The translations under genes were made by a program, and so were the position numbers. Source: a virus (taxonomy: Duplodnaviria > Heunggongvirae > Uroviricota > Caudoviricetes). Taken from it: a stretch of 64,000 nucleotides of DNA. The stretch is from IMG/VR virus record IMGVR_UViG_3300021475_000005; one strand, 5' to 3'. The notes below the pieces were generated by a model, which saw nothing but the letters and a program-made list of their open reading frames with translations, ran no database searches and was not told the origin of the DNA. Below are positions 17,765-27,095 of this stretch, in pieces; the stretch's first letter is position 1, and each line of letters opens with the position of its first letter.

Positions 17765-19003
17765 CTAACAGTCATGAATCTCGACAATATCAGTCCATTG
17801 GAGTTCCCGAATCAGGTCATCTGCACCGCCGATAAACTGCGGCATTTTGTCAAGAGCAAGACGGAATACGAGTGGAAAGGTTTCCCAGTCCTCCAACTCC
17901 GCTTTCATCTGCGCGCGCTTGTCCGGGTCCGCGACAAGTTCCGTCGTGAAGGTCATCTTCTTTTCGGTGAGAGCTTGGACGGCGCGGTCACAATGCGGGC
18001 AGCCGGGCATCGTATAAACCTTGTATTGCAGTTTCATGTCGATGAAGTCGAATGCATTGTTCCAACCTTCGATCTCGCCTTTTCCATATTCGGTTGAACG
18101 GCTCTCAAAGAAATTGGTATGAGTTGGCGCATTCATGATCCAATCCAACCATGGAAGCGGATTGTCTTTGACGCGGTAATTTGGCTTTAAGCCGAGTTGC
18201 AGCAACCGCCGATCCGCGATGTATCGAATATATTTTTTCGCTTCATCAGGCGTAATCCCATCGACCGGGCCGATAGAGAATGCCTGATCAATGAAGGCAT
18301 CTTCCAACTTGACCATCTGGCGGCAGGTTTCATAAATGCGCTGCTTGGTCTCATCGTTCCAGACGCGTGGATGTTCCTGTACCAATGTGTGGAAGAGCTT
18401 GATCATCGCTTCGACGTGAAGCGATTCATCTCTTAGAGACCACTCAACCAAACTCGACATTCCTTTCATCAGTCCGCGTTTCTGAAAACTCAAAAGGATA
18501 GCGAAGGATGAGAATAGCTGCATGCCTTCACCAAAGGCGCTGAAGATAGCAATATCGACAGCGAGATCGGCGATGCCTTTGCCCATGCTGTTCTCAAACA
18601 TGAATTCATGTTTGTTGCGCATGGCAGCATATTCCTGAAATGCTTTGTACTCAGACTCTGGAAGTCCAAGCGTATCGATCAGGGTTGAATAGGCATCGAT
18701 GTGATTGGCCTCCATGTCGATGAAGGCACCGAACATCATCCGAATCTCAGGATGCGGGAAGCGTGGGGCATACTTCTCGAAATAACCTTTGGCGATATCG
18801 ATGTCAGCCTGCGTGAAGAAACGGAATAACTGCGTGAGAAGAGATTTTTCGTTCTCTGTCAGTTTCTTGTTCCAGTCGTTGATATCCTCAGCCATCGGAG
18901 CCTCATGTGGTTCCCATGCCATCGAACGCGCTTTTTTATACGCCTCATAAGCCCATGGATAAGAAAACGGCTTAAAATAGTCGCGTGAATCTAAAATACC
19001 CAT
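17765..19003 (-). CDS. nrdB: ribonucleotide reductase class I small subunit NrdB fused to a C-terminal glutaredoxin domain
   Basis: The di-iron ligand motifs of R2 are present (EANHIDAY and RDESLHVEAM). The C-terminal about 80 aa carry the CPHC active site and an IGGADDL glutaredoxin motif. Confidence 0.8.
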   Translation of the reverse strand: MGILDSRDYFKPFSYPWAYEAYKKARSMAWEPHEAPMAEDINDWNKKLTENEKSLLTQLFRFFTQADIDIAKGYFEKYAPRFPHPEIRMMFGAFIDMEANHIDAYSTLIDTLGLPESEYKAFQEYAAMRNKHEFMFENSMGKGIADLAVDIAIFSAFGEGMQLFSSFAILLSFQKRGLMKGMSSLVEWSLRDESLHVEAMIKLFHTLVQEHPRVWNDETKQRIYETCRQMVKLEDAFIDQAFSIGPVDGITPDEAKKYIRYIADRRLLQLGLKPNYRVKDNPLPWLDWIMNAPTHTNFFESRSTEYGKGEIEGWNNAFDFIDMKLQYKVYTMPGCPHCDRAVQALTEKKMTFTTELVADPDKRAQMKAELEDWETFPLVFRLALDKMPQFIGGADDLIRELQWTDIVEIHDC

Positions 19004-19006
19004 GGC

Positions 19007-21706
19007 TTAACCTTGACACGCTAGACAGTCATCTGCCTGCTTACCGCTACCATCCTCGACAACAAAATTTTCCGCCATTGTCATGCGTTCAACTTTCTTA
19101 TTCGTATTCTCCGCACGTGACGGCGTCGTCGATCTCAGATAATAAAGAGACTTCACACCCATTTCCCACGCTTTGTAGTGTGCCTTAGTGATCTCTTTTG
19201 CGTCGGCATTATGCTCGAAGAACAAATTCAGCGATTGTGCCTGACAGATATATGGCGCGCGGTCTGCTGCCAACTGAACAAGAGCCATCTGATCCAATTC
19301 GGTCGCCGTCTTGAAGATTACCTTTATATCGTCAGGAATGTCGAGATGCTGAACCGAACCTTCATTGGCGACGATACTCTGCCACGTTGCGTCATTGTCC
19401 AGATCGAGCTTCTGAAGGGCTTTTGACAGATATGGGTTCTTTACCGGGAACGATCCTGACAATGTTTTGTGTAGGAAAGCATTAGCACGGTGAGGCTCGA
19501 TTGAGGGTGATGTTCCTCCGCACAGGATCGAAGAAGAAGCATTTGGGGCCACAGCGAGTTTATGCGCAAATCGTTCCCCTGTACCCTCCATATCCGGTGC
19601 TTCGCCGCGTTCTTCGCCGAGTTTCAGTGAGATGCGGTTTGCTTCGGCACGAAGATAAGTAAAGAGATCGAGGTTTAATAATCTGGCCTGTGGAGATTCA
19701 AGGGAAAATCCTTTTGCCTGCAAATAAGATTGAAAGCCGAGCACACCAAGGCCAACAGAGCGCTCCCGCATGGCACTATAAACTGCATTATGCAATTCTG
19801 GAGGCGCATCCGAGATGAAAGCGTTCAACGCGTTATCGAGCATGCGGAACAGGTCCTCAAGAAACTGAGGATCGTAACGCCATTCATCGAACTTTTCCGC
19901 ATTCACGCTCGACAAGCAGCAGACCGCAGTACGCATCTTGTCGAATTTATCCACACCGGTCGGAAGCGTGATCTCGGTGCAATTCCCGGTGATATAGCCA
20001 TTGAAAGTAAGGCGACCGGTTTTTGGCTCCGTTGCGCAATAGGTTTCGAGACGAAATGGAAGAGGTTGCACATCGCATACAACCGCATGGTGAATTGGGC
20101 TTGGATGAATTCCGTCTACAAGTGCGTCGAAATCTTCCTGTGTCAATGTCAGGGCGTTCATCGTATCTGTCAAACGAATCACCGGTGACAAACCAAGTTC
20201 CAGTGCGATCAGGCGAATTCCTCGAATCAAATCCACATCATTCGACCCAATGCAGAGCAATTCGGCATCGCTATCATCGAGACGCATTTTTGTGCCGGAG
20301 GCCATGATAATTCCACGAAGCCATTCGCGGCGTTCACTGACAGACCATGTAAGCGGTAAACGTCCCGCTGGAATATCCCGTGGTTCATATCGAATCATCA
20401 TTCCAGCTTCGTCCTGTTCCGAATTTACGGAGGCCGTCAGAAGCTGCTTTAATTCGGAGTCGGGAAGAGCGGCTGGAGCATAAACTGCCAAACGGTTACT
20501 GTCTTCGAAACCTGCAAATGTCGCCCACCCAGCCGTGAACGCAATTGCCATGGCATGATGGGGGTCTTCGTCAAGTTGGAATTTCTTCCATTCATTCGCA
20601 ATACCGGTGCGTGCTCCCCAAAGAGTGCTGCCATTTTCCAGTTCTCCGGCCTGCACAATGGTCCCATCGAAGAGATGAAATTTATGTTGCGGAGTGCAGT
20701 CAACATAATCGCCATCTTCAAACCAGACACGGACAAGCTCAGCTTCATCCGCTGTTTTGCGGATCGTGACTGGAACAAAGTCATCACCATTCCAGATATC
20801 GACTGTCTGATCGACAAGACCCTCGATAGGTAAATGGCCTATGCGAGTCAGCATTTGTGTATAAGGTGCAACGCAGAGATTCGATTGATGGACTTTTAGA
20901 CCAAGCTTTTTCTGCGGCTCTGGAAGAGAACGATTGATAGTGTCGATGAAGACCATATAAGGCTCGCCAGTCTGCATGCGAGTCTCGATAAGAAGCCGCC
21001 ATAAATCACGTGCACGCACAGTTTTGGTGACGGTCCCATCCTTTGGAGAGCGTAGATTGAAAGTGGTATTGTTTGTAACGGCTTCCATGAATTCGTCTGT
21101 GATGTTGACCGCGTTATGGAGATTGGTAGCCTTTCGGTTTTGATCGCCGCCAGTCGGTTTGCGCATCGTAATGAATTCTTCGATCTCTGGATGTGAGATA
21201 TCGAGATATGCCGCGTAACTTCCTCGACGAGTACCACCTTGTGAGACAGAAAGGATAATTCGGTCAACAGCGGCAACGAAGGGAATCATGCCGGTAGATT
21301 TGGAGCCTTTCGCAGTCTCCTTACCAGCTTCACGCAGAAATCCCCAATAGCCTCCCACGCCGCCTCCAACTGATGAGAGCCAGCCAGTTTCCGTCCAGTG
21401 ATCGAAAATACCTGATCGGCTGTCGGACACGGCACTCAAAAAGCACGAGATGGGAAGACCGCGTTCAGAACCACCGTTCGAAAGGATAGGTGTTGCATAC
21501 ATGAACCACAACTTCGAAACAGCTTCATAAAGCCGTTGTGCATGATCCTCGTCATCTGCATAGGCAGCCGACGCACGCGCGAATGCATGCTGTGGAGAAG
21601 TCTCTCCCGGCAGCATGTAGCGCTCGATTAGTGTCTGTTTAGTGAAGTCGTTTAGAAGGCTGTCGCGGGAGAGATCAATTTTAATAGATGAGGGACTAAC
21701 AGCCAT
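19007..21706 (-). CDS. nrdA: ribonucleotide reductase class I large subunit NrdA, interrupted by an intein in the catalytic SNLC|TEI site
   Basis: Motifs present: GLPISCFL, GGGVGGYWG, QGGTRRGSYAAYL, a C-terminal YY pair and CLACQG. The catalytic QSNL and CTEITLPT segments are separated by 298 aa. Confidence 0.85.
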   Translation of the reverse strand: MAVSPSSIKIDLSRDSLLNDFTKQTLIERYMLPGETSPQHAFARASAAYADDEDHAQRLYEAVSKLWFMYATPILSNGGSERGLPISCFLSAVSDSRSGIFDHWTETGWLSSVGGGVGGYWGFLREAGKETAKGSKSTGMIPFVAAVDRIILSVSQGGTRRGSYAAYLDISHPEIEEFITMRKPTGGDQNRKATNLHNAVNITDEFMEAVTNNTTFNLRSPKDGTVTKTVRARDLWRLLIETRMQTGEPYMVFIDTINRSLPEPQKKLGLKVHQSNLCVAPYTQMLTRIGHLPIEGLVDQTVDIWNGDDFVPVTIRKTADEAELVRVWFEDGDYVDCTPQHKFHLFDGTIVQAGELENGSTLWGARTGIANEWKKFQLDEDPHHAMAIAFTAGWATFAGFEDSNRLAVYAPAALPDSELKQLLTASVNSEQDEAGMMIRYEPRDIPAGRLPLTWSVSERREWLRGIIMASGTKMRLDDSDAELLCIGSNDVDLIRGIRLIALELGLSPVIRLTDTMNALTLTQEDFDALVDGIHPSPIHHAVVCDVQPLPFRLETYCATEPKTGRLTFNGYITGNCTEITLPTGVDKFDKMRTAVCCLSSVNAEKFDEWRYDPQFLEDLFRMLDNALNAFISDAPPELHNAVYSAMRERSVGLGVLGFQSYLQAKGFSLESPQARLLNLDLFTYLRAEANRISLKLGEERGEAPDMEGTGERFAHKLAVAPNASSSILCGGTSPSIEPHRANAFLHKTLSGSFPVKNPYLSKALQKLDLDNDATWQSIVANEGSVQHLDIPDDIKVIFKTATELDQMALVQLAADRAPYICQAQSLNLFFEHNADAKEITKAHYKAWEMGVKSLYYLRSTTPSRAENTNKKVERMTMAENFVVEDGSGKQADDCLACQG
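19982..20875 (-). mobile_element. intein (298 aa) within nrdA
   Basis: The insert starts with Cys (CVAPY...), contains a block-B-like TPQHKF, ends ...FNGYITGN and is followed by Cys+1. Removing it restores the conserved SNLCTEITLPT. Codon boundaries were checked on the reverse strand. Confidence 0.7.
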
Positions 21707-21787
21707 TGTTTTTCTTGCTCGAATGCGGGAACGCGGATCGTTCCGTATGGGTGATTTTTGAGGAATGCGGAGAGTAGTCTGTGTGAC

Positions 21788-22156
21788 CTATCGAGTCAAG
21801 ATTCTGGACATGAGAATCTCAGGAAATTTATCGGTGTCTGAGATTTTTACGGTGTCAAGAATTTTCTCATAACAGAATCTGCAACGCTTAAACCGAATTG
21901 TCTGTTTGACGCGCTCTTTTACCGCATCATCGATAAATTCGCGAAATTCAACATGCTCCTGCTGGTCCTCCGTATGATGACCCTTTCCACATTTTCTTCT
22001 CTGGATCGCGGCGGCAATGCCAATGTGGGTTTCCGTATAAAGATCGCCTAGCCAGATAGAGAGACGCAACGCCAAGGCGAGCGTAAAGAAAGCAAGCGCG
22101 ATCCAGCCGATGATGTTCCAGCTTCCACCGGCTACACATAAAAAGCTACATGTCAT
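21788..22156 (-). CDS. hypothetical membrane protein
   Basis: An N-terminal transmembrane segment (IIGWIALAFFTLALALRLSIWL). Confidence 0.4.
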   Translation of the reverse strand: MTCSFLCVAGGSWNIIGWIALAFFTLALALRLSIWLGDLYTETHIGIAAAIQRRKCGKGHHTEDQQEHVEFREFIDDAVKERVKQTIRFKRCRFCYEKILDTVKISDTDKFPEILMSRILTR

Positions 22157-22512
22157 ACTGAGACTCCTGCCGCACGCATCAAGTCCGTCGCATTACAGGC
22201 GCGTCCGTCCAGCGTATAGTGAGTGCGTTTATTCTTGACTCGGTCTCCTAAGATAATAAGAGCACGCTCAAATGGCGTAAGACCATCACCAATCGGAGCG
22301 ACAATTGCACCGCGTTCTCGTGGTAGCCGATTCGACAGCTTGGGATTCGTATCCTTTGTCAATCCAATCGTATTGCCATATCGACGTTTTTCTTTGCGCT
22401 CGGTGAATTCTGCCGGTGTTTCATCGCCGCTTTCAGCCGGAACAGCATTTTGCTCGGCGATCTGCTCACCAAGAATTATGGCTTCTGAGACATCAAGATG
22501 GGATTTCATCAC
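22153..22512 (-). CDS. hypothetical protein
   Basis: 119-aa ORF. Confidence 0.4.
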   Translation of the reverse strand: MMKSHLDVSEAIILGEQIAEQNAVPAESGDETPAEFTERKEKRRYGNTIGLTKDTNPKLSNRLPRERGAIVAPIGDGLTPFERALIILGDRVKNKRTHYTLDGRACNATDLMRAAGVSV

Positions 22513-22795
22513 GCCCCATCGACAATAGGAGATTTATACTATTGACAGCATCCACTTCGTTCATTGGGCCGTTCTCCAAAAGAAAATCAACCCGTTTTTC
22601 AACAAGACCTTCTCGTTCTAGAAGAAGCCACGCCAAGCCGTACATCAAACCTAGGGATGCATGCTTTTTAATATCTGGTGTTCTCGGGATATTTACGGTG
22701 ATGTCTATATTGTCCTCGTTGTTGTCAAAAACCATCAATGTGAATTCAGGAACTACTACACCGTCACCAGATAACTCGTCTGGAGGAATACTCAT
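22493..22795 (-). CDS. hypothetical protein
   Basis: 100-aa ORF. Confidence 0.35.
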   Translation of the reverse strand: MSIPPDELSGDGVVVPEFTLMVFDNNEDNIDITVNIPRTPDIKKHASLGLMYGLAWLLLEREGLVEKRVDFLLENGPMNEVDAVNSINLLLSMGRDEIPS

Positions 22796-23706
22796 TCAGT
22801 CAATGCCTCGTTGTCGAACATCTTGCGGAACTGTTCCCACCCGGTGAAATTTCCGCATAGACCATCGGAATCACGCGGGATAGGTGACGCCTGATGTTCA
22901 AGCGGCGTCGCATGCATTGGCCCATTATCGGGCATGAGCTTTTTGAAACGTTCGATATCCTCAGCAAAATTAGACTTTGTGCCGTCGTGTTTGGAATAAG
23001 ATACACGGCAGCAGCGCGCCGCAGAGGCGATCAGCAACAATGCCTCCGGTCTGGAAACTTCAAACATGACCGTTTTAGAGAAGATTTTCCTGATGTCTGA
23101 TTTGAAATCGTCCGCATACTGAATAGCGAGAGTTCTATCTTCCGGCGTAATATAGGGAAGGTGCCACTCGCGTTCATCGAGAACCATCGGCTTGACACGC
23201 TTTCTTTCTTTCTTAATGGCGCGCGCCAATATTGCAATCTCATCCTGTGCCGCATCGTGGTCTCGTAGATGATCCCAGTTCGCCCAATTCGTCGTCGTCA
23301 CAAGAACATCGATGTAGCCGAACCATTCGAGGGGTCTGTTGGCATATTGCTTATGAACATTCAGCCCATCTTTGGCTGCGAGAGTCTTACAACCGTTTAT
23401 GACCGTATCAGCCATCTGTTTCCAGATGCGGGCCGCTTCAGCCTGATCGTCTGAACATAGATGTCCTCCGGGCTGCATCCCCGGTTTATTATATCTAAAA
23501 TCTGGGATGAAGATGTCCTCGTCACGTGCGAGAAGAGAAGTTGTAGGAATAGCGCGGCTTGAACTTGCATTACGCGAAAACATGCGATGTGTCATGAATT
23601 CGGCATGAATGATACGCGGGTAACGCAGTTGCATTGTGTCGATACGAACGCCGTCGAGACTCATAGACGATGCGATCATTTTTGCTGTGATATCTGGGCG
23701 TATCAT
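22792..23706 (-). CDS. thyX: FAD-dependent thymidylate synthase ThyX
   Basis: A ThyX signature (FMTHRMFSRNASSSRA) aligns with FRHRIASYNELSGRY of characterised ThyX. A later LRDHDAAQDEI aligns with LRADSHAQWEI. Confidence 0.7.
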   Translation of the reverse strand: MIRPDITAKMIASSMSLDGVRIDTMQLRYPRIIHAEFMTHRMFSRNASSSRAIPTTSLLARDEDIFIPDFRYNKPGMQPGGHLCSDDQAEAARIWKQMADTVINGCKTLAAKDGLNVHKQYANRPLEWFGYIDVLVTTTNWANWDHLRDHDAAQDEIAILARAIKKERKRVKPMVLDEREWHLPYITPEDRTLAIQYADDFKSDIRKIFSKTVMFEVSRPEALLLIASAARCCRVSYSKHDGTKSNFAEDIERFKKLMPDNGPMHATPLEHQASPIPRDSDGLCGNFTGWEQFRKMFDNEALTE

Positions 23707-24251
23707 TAGGCAACTTCTCCCAGAGAATTTGCTACGACTTCGTGCACAGCATGGTGAAGCTGTTCAATGGTTCCGGAATTGTCAATCGTATAATCAGGCG
23801 AGATTCCGTCCATTTCCGTTTCAGAACGATGGCTTGTGAACTCATCATTGTCTTGTTTTCGCGGATTAATGATACGGATGATAAGTCCATTATTTTCTCG
23901 AAGCATTTTCTCTTCATTGAGAAAACGAAGGTCTGAAATAACAACTTTATCATGTTCACGAGCACGCCGTTCGAGCGCTTTGACCCATGTCTGCTGGTCG
24001 ATGAGATCGCGGAACGCTTGTGTGCCGAGCTTTGTCAAAAGTTCACGAGGACTCATGAAAGGATAGCGATCAAGCTTTTTCTCTTTCAAGATTGGGTCAG
24101 TCATTTCTTCGTAAGTGACTCCATACGCGATATTGGTAATTTCTCGTAATGGGTCGGCGAAGCTGAGATGCTTATAGCCGATTTTTTTCAAAGCTTCGGC
24201 AGCAGTATCTTTTCCCGAGCCCTTTTTACCTGTGAACGCTACGATATGCAT
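23706..24251 (-). CDS. deoxynucleoside monophosphate kinase (T4 gp1-like)
   Basis: A P-loop (FTGKKGSGKDT) plus the downstream blocks LGTQAFRDLIDQQTWVK and SHRSETE resemble T4 dNMP kinase. Confidence 0.65.
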   Translation of the reverse strand: MHIVAFTGKKGSGKDTAAEALKKIGYKHLSFADPLREITNIAYGVTYEEMTDPILKEKKLDRYPFMSPRELLTKLGTQAFRDLIDQQTWVKALERRAREHDKVVISDLRFLNEEKMLRENNGLIIRIINPRKQDNDEFTSHRSETEMDGISPDYTIDNSGTIEQLHHAVHEVVANSLGEVA

Positions 24252-24252
24252 G

Positions 24253-24702
24253 CTAATCCTTTTCTGCACGTTGTTTTGTATAGTAGTCTTTCCACATAAC
24301 CCAACCATCTGGTGTATGGAATCCCCATTCGCGGGTTTTCGGACCCATGAAACAAAGTGTAACTGCTCCTTCCGGAGCTACCTGAACGATTGAATGACGA
24401 TCCCAGTCCGAACCTGTAATTCGATTGGTATGATTGATGCTACGAAATGTTGGAGTGAATCCAGTATAGAATTTATCGACGACGCGTTTTTCAGTGTACC
24501 AACCTTTGAGGACAAGCGAGAAAAACGAAACAGGATGGTCGTGAAGCCACGGTTCAGGGTCCGGCTTTATGATCCAATGTACACAGATTGCCCACCACGG
24601 GGTTTTGATAACATGTAGCCGAACGATGTACTCAGAGTCTACGTCGGTCCAACGCCAAAGTGCCCAGATACTTCCAGATTTGTACTTTCGATTGCGCAGC
24701 AT
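24253..24702 (-). CDS. hypothetical protein
   Basis: 149-aa Trp-rich ORF. Confidence 0.4.
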   Translation of the reverse strand: MLRNRKYKSGSIWALWRWTDVDSEYIVRLHVIKTPWWAICVHWIIKPDPEPWLHDHPVSFFSLVLKGWYTEKRVVDKFYTGFTPTFRSINHTNRITGSDWDRHSIVQVAPEGAVTLCFMGPKTREWGFHTPDGWVMWKDYYTKQRAEKD

Positions 24703-24769
24703 GTGCCTATCGTAATATTTTTAAGGTTTTAGAGGCCCTAGTGATTCCCGTATAAAGATGACGATCAGC

Positions 24770-26080
24770 TTAATCTCTAAACACACTAGACTCATCGATT
24801 AAAACAACATCCGGCCAGTCAGAACCTTGCGCGACATGAGTTGTAATGGCATAGCTCCAATCGGCGCAGATCGAATTCTTCTTCGCGCGAAACGCAAGTC
24901 GTTCAGGTGCAGAGAAACCATTTTGTTTACGACTGAAATGTTCCTCGAATAGGCCTTGGAATACAGATTTGTCCTTATATTCTGTCCCTTCATCATCCTC
25001 GAATGATAAGGTGAACTTTGCCTGCCCATCAATCAAATCGGCAGAAGAAGTCGCTGTGCATTCCGTACCATTGACGAGGTTGGGATGTTCTCGCGTATTC
25101 TTCTTGATGACGATGGGCTCGCCAATGAGCGGCCCAACGCGCTCACCGCGCTTAATAAACCCAAAGTCTGCGCGTAGAGTCTGATTGACTCCCCAACGAG
25201 TTCGATTCATACCAACGATGAATTGAGGACGTGTTTCAAATTTCAAATCGGGGTCAAAATCCGACCGTTTGATAACCTCTGCTTCTGACCCGTATTTGCC
25301 ATATGGCAAATCCTTCCCTTCCCGCGCAAGCGTTGCCAAATGAATGATCGGATTGTCGGCAGCCTGCCGATGAATTTCGGTCAAAAAGCAATCGGGAATT
25401 CCAGCAGTCAATCCTGCAACGTCTTCAATCGGTGGAAGCTGTCCGGGATCGCCAATTGCAAGAACAGGAACACCGAACTGCATAATATCTTCAGCCATTC
25501 GCCTGCCGACCATCGACGCCTCATCGACGACGATTAACTGTGCATTTTGAACCGGCGAATCCGGATTAAGTTGAAAGTTGATCGTATCTTCCCGATAAGC
25601 TGCCGATAGCTCTTCCTTGAGTCTTAGAATCAGCTTTCTCTGTGTCTCGATTTTTGGATGTTTCGAAAGATGAACCGGAGTCTGCTGATCAAAATCATCC
25701 TGCGCACCAGATTCCATGCGAATCGTATAAATCAGTTCCGCAAGTTGCTCTTCATGCTCCTGAAGATTCGTTTCCAACGTCGCAATTGGAGCAGGCTTTG
25801 CACGATAAATCGCTGAGTGGATTGTACTCGTATCATAGTTCGGGTAGCCCTGCGCCTTCAGCTTCGAGCGCATAACTTTCGCTGCTTTGCCGGTGGGAGC
25901 CATGAACACGACATCTAACGGATTGAATCTGAGCGCTTCCAGAATCAGCGGCAATATTGTACTTTTTCCCGTACCAGCGAAGCCGCCAAGATAAGTCAGT
26001 GGCTCGGGCGTAATAATTCCCTTCAATCGCGATACGACGATCTGAACGGCTTTTTCTTGATGTGGCGTAAGGATCGTCAA
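24770..26080 (-). CDS. dda: Dda-like / RecD-like SF1B DNA helicase
   Basis: Motifs present: GFAGTGKST, VVDEASMV, GDPGQLPPI and TTHVAQGSDW. Confidence 0.8.
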   Translation of the reverse strand: MTILTPHQEKAVQIVVSRLKGIITPEPLTYLGGFAGTGKSTILPLILEALRFNPLDVVFMAPTGKAAKVMRSKLKAQGYPNYDTSTIHSAIYRAKPAPIATLETNLQEHEEQLAELIYTIRMESGAQDDFDQQTPVHLSKHPKIETQRKLILRLKEELSAAYREDTINFQLNPDSPVQNAQLIVVDEASMVGRRMAEDIMQFGVPVLAIGDPGQLPPIEDVAGLTAGIPDCFLTEIHRQAADNPIIHLATLAREGKDLPYGKYGSEAEVIKRSDFDPDLKFETRPQFIVGMNRTRWGVNQTLRADFGFIKRGERVGPLIGEPIVIKKNTREHPNLVNGTECTATSSADLIDGQAKFTLSFEDDEGTEYKDKSVFQGLFEEHFSRKQNGFSAPERLAFRAKKNSICADWSYAITTHVAQGSDWPDVVLIDESSVFRD

Positions 26081-26150
26081 TTAAATCTCCACCGTTTTCG
26101 CGCGGTCTCTCAACGAGACCGCGCGATTTGGGTATTCGTGTTGATGGAGA

Positions 26151-26960
26151 TTAGAAACGAGCGCGGGGTTTACGCTGCTCGGTTCCTGCGCCGTTTGCCT
26201 TGGTCTGAACCTTAGCAGTCGAGCGATCTTCTGCGACTGCCTTGCGCTCTTCCGCAACGGCCTGCTTGACTTCCTTGCGATCCACCAGTTCCTCGGCAGT
26301 ATCGTCGTCTGCGGACGCCTGCTCGTAATCGGAAGGAGCACCATCCGAAAGTTCAGCCATCTGCTCTTCTGTGATCCAGTTGACGATCTTGAAGTCCGGC
26401 GCATGCATCGTTGCTTTGCGTCCGGTTTCGGTCTTCGTCGGGAATTCATGCTCGTCGATCTCGACGACCGGGAACATGTCACGATGCATTTTGTAATTGG
26501 CGATGAAATCTTTCATCAATGCGCCAAGTGCACGGACTTTGGACTTGTTGTTGGCCTGAAAGACCATCGTAACAAACGGCTCTTCAACCGTTGCAAACTC
26601 GATGGTGAACTGTTCGACTGGACCATCGTCTTTTGTATAAGGCCCAAGATCAGGAAGGCTCTGCTTTGAAGGCTGCGGACCTTCATGGAAGAAGGTCATA
26701 GCTTCGTGTTCGACCTTCCCGCCAACCCAGATCACCCAGCCACGGCGATAGGATTTCCAGTTCATGATCAGTTGCGTGCCCGGTTCAAGCGGCTCATTTT
26801 CAGCACCATAACTGAATTTGCCGTCGATACCGGAGAACTTCATGAACGCTTTGCCGCCTTCGCCGCCCTTGATATTGGGAGCATCGGCCTCCAGCATGGA
26901 GAAAAAATCTTCATTCGTGGCTGGCAGATTTCCACGAGTGGTCGTCAAGTCATTCGACAT
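26151..26960 (-). CDS. hypothetical protein (possible single-strand annealing / ssDNA-binding partner of the adjacent exonuclease)
   Basis: 269-aa ORF with an acidic, low-complexity C-terminus. The assignment rests on gene context only. Confidence 0.25.
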   Translation of the reverse strand: MSNDLTTTRGNLPATNEDFFSMLEADAPNIKGGEGGKAFMKFSGIDGKFSYGAENEPLEPGTQLIMNWKSYRRGWVIWVGGKVEHEAMTFFHEGPQPSKQSLPDLGPYTKDDGPVEQFTIEFATVEEPFVTMVFQANNKSKVRALGALMKDFIANYKMHRDMFPVVEIDEHEFPTKTETGRKATMHAPDFKIVNWITEEQMAELSDGAPSDYEQASADDDTAEELVDRKEVKQAVAEERKAVAEDRSTAKVQTKANGAGTEQRKPRARF

Positions 26961-27095
26961 TTCTACTTCTTACCTTTTTGGTTGAACCCGGTGCGGGTAT
27001 CGCACCGGGCCGTCTAAACTACCCTTGGGCTAATCGAGACTATTTCGTCTTTCTTCTTCGTTTCTGTTCTAAGCTATTCCATTTTCTATTCTAGT

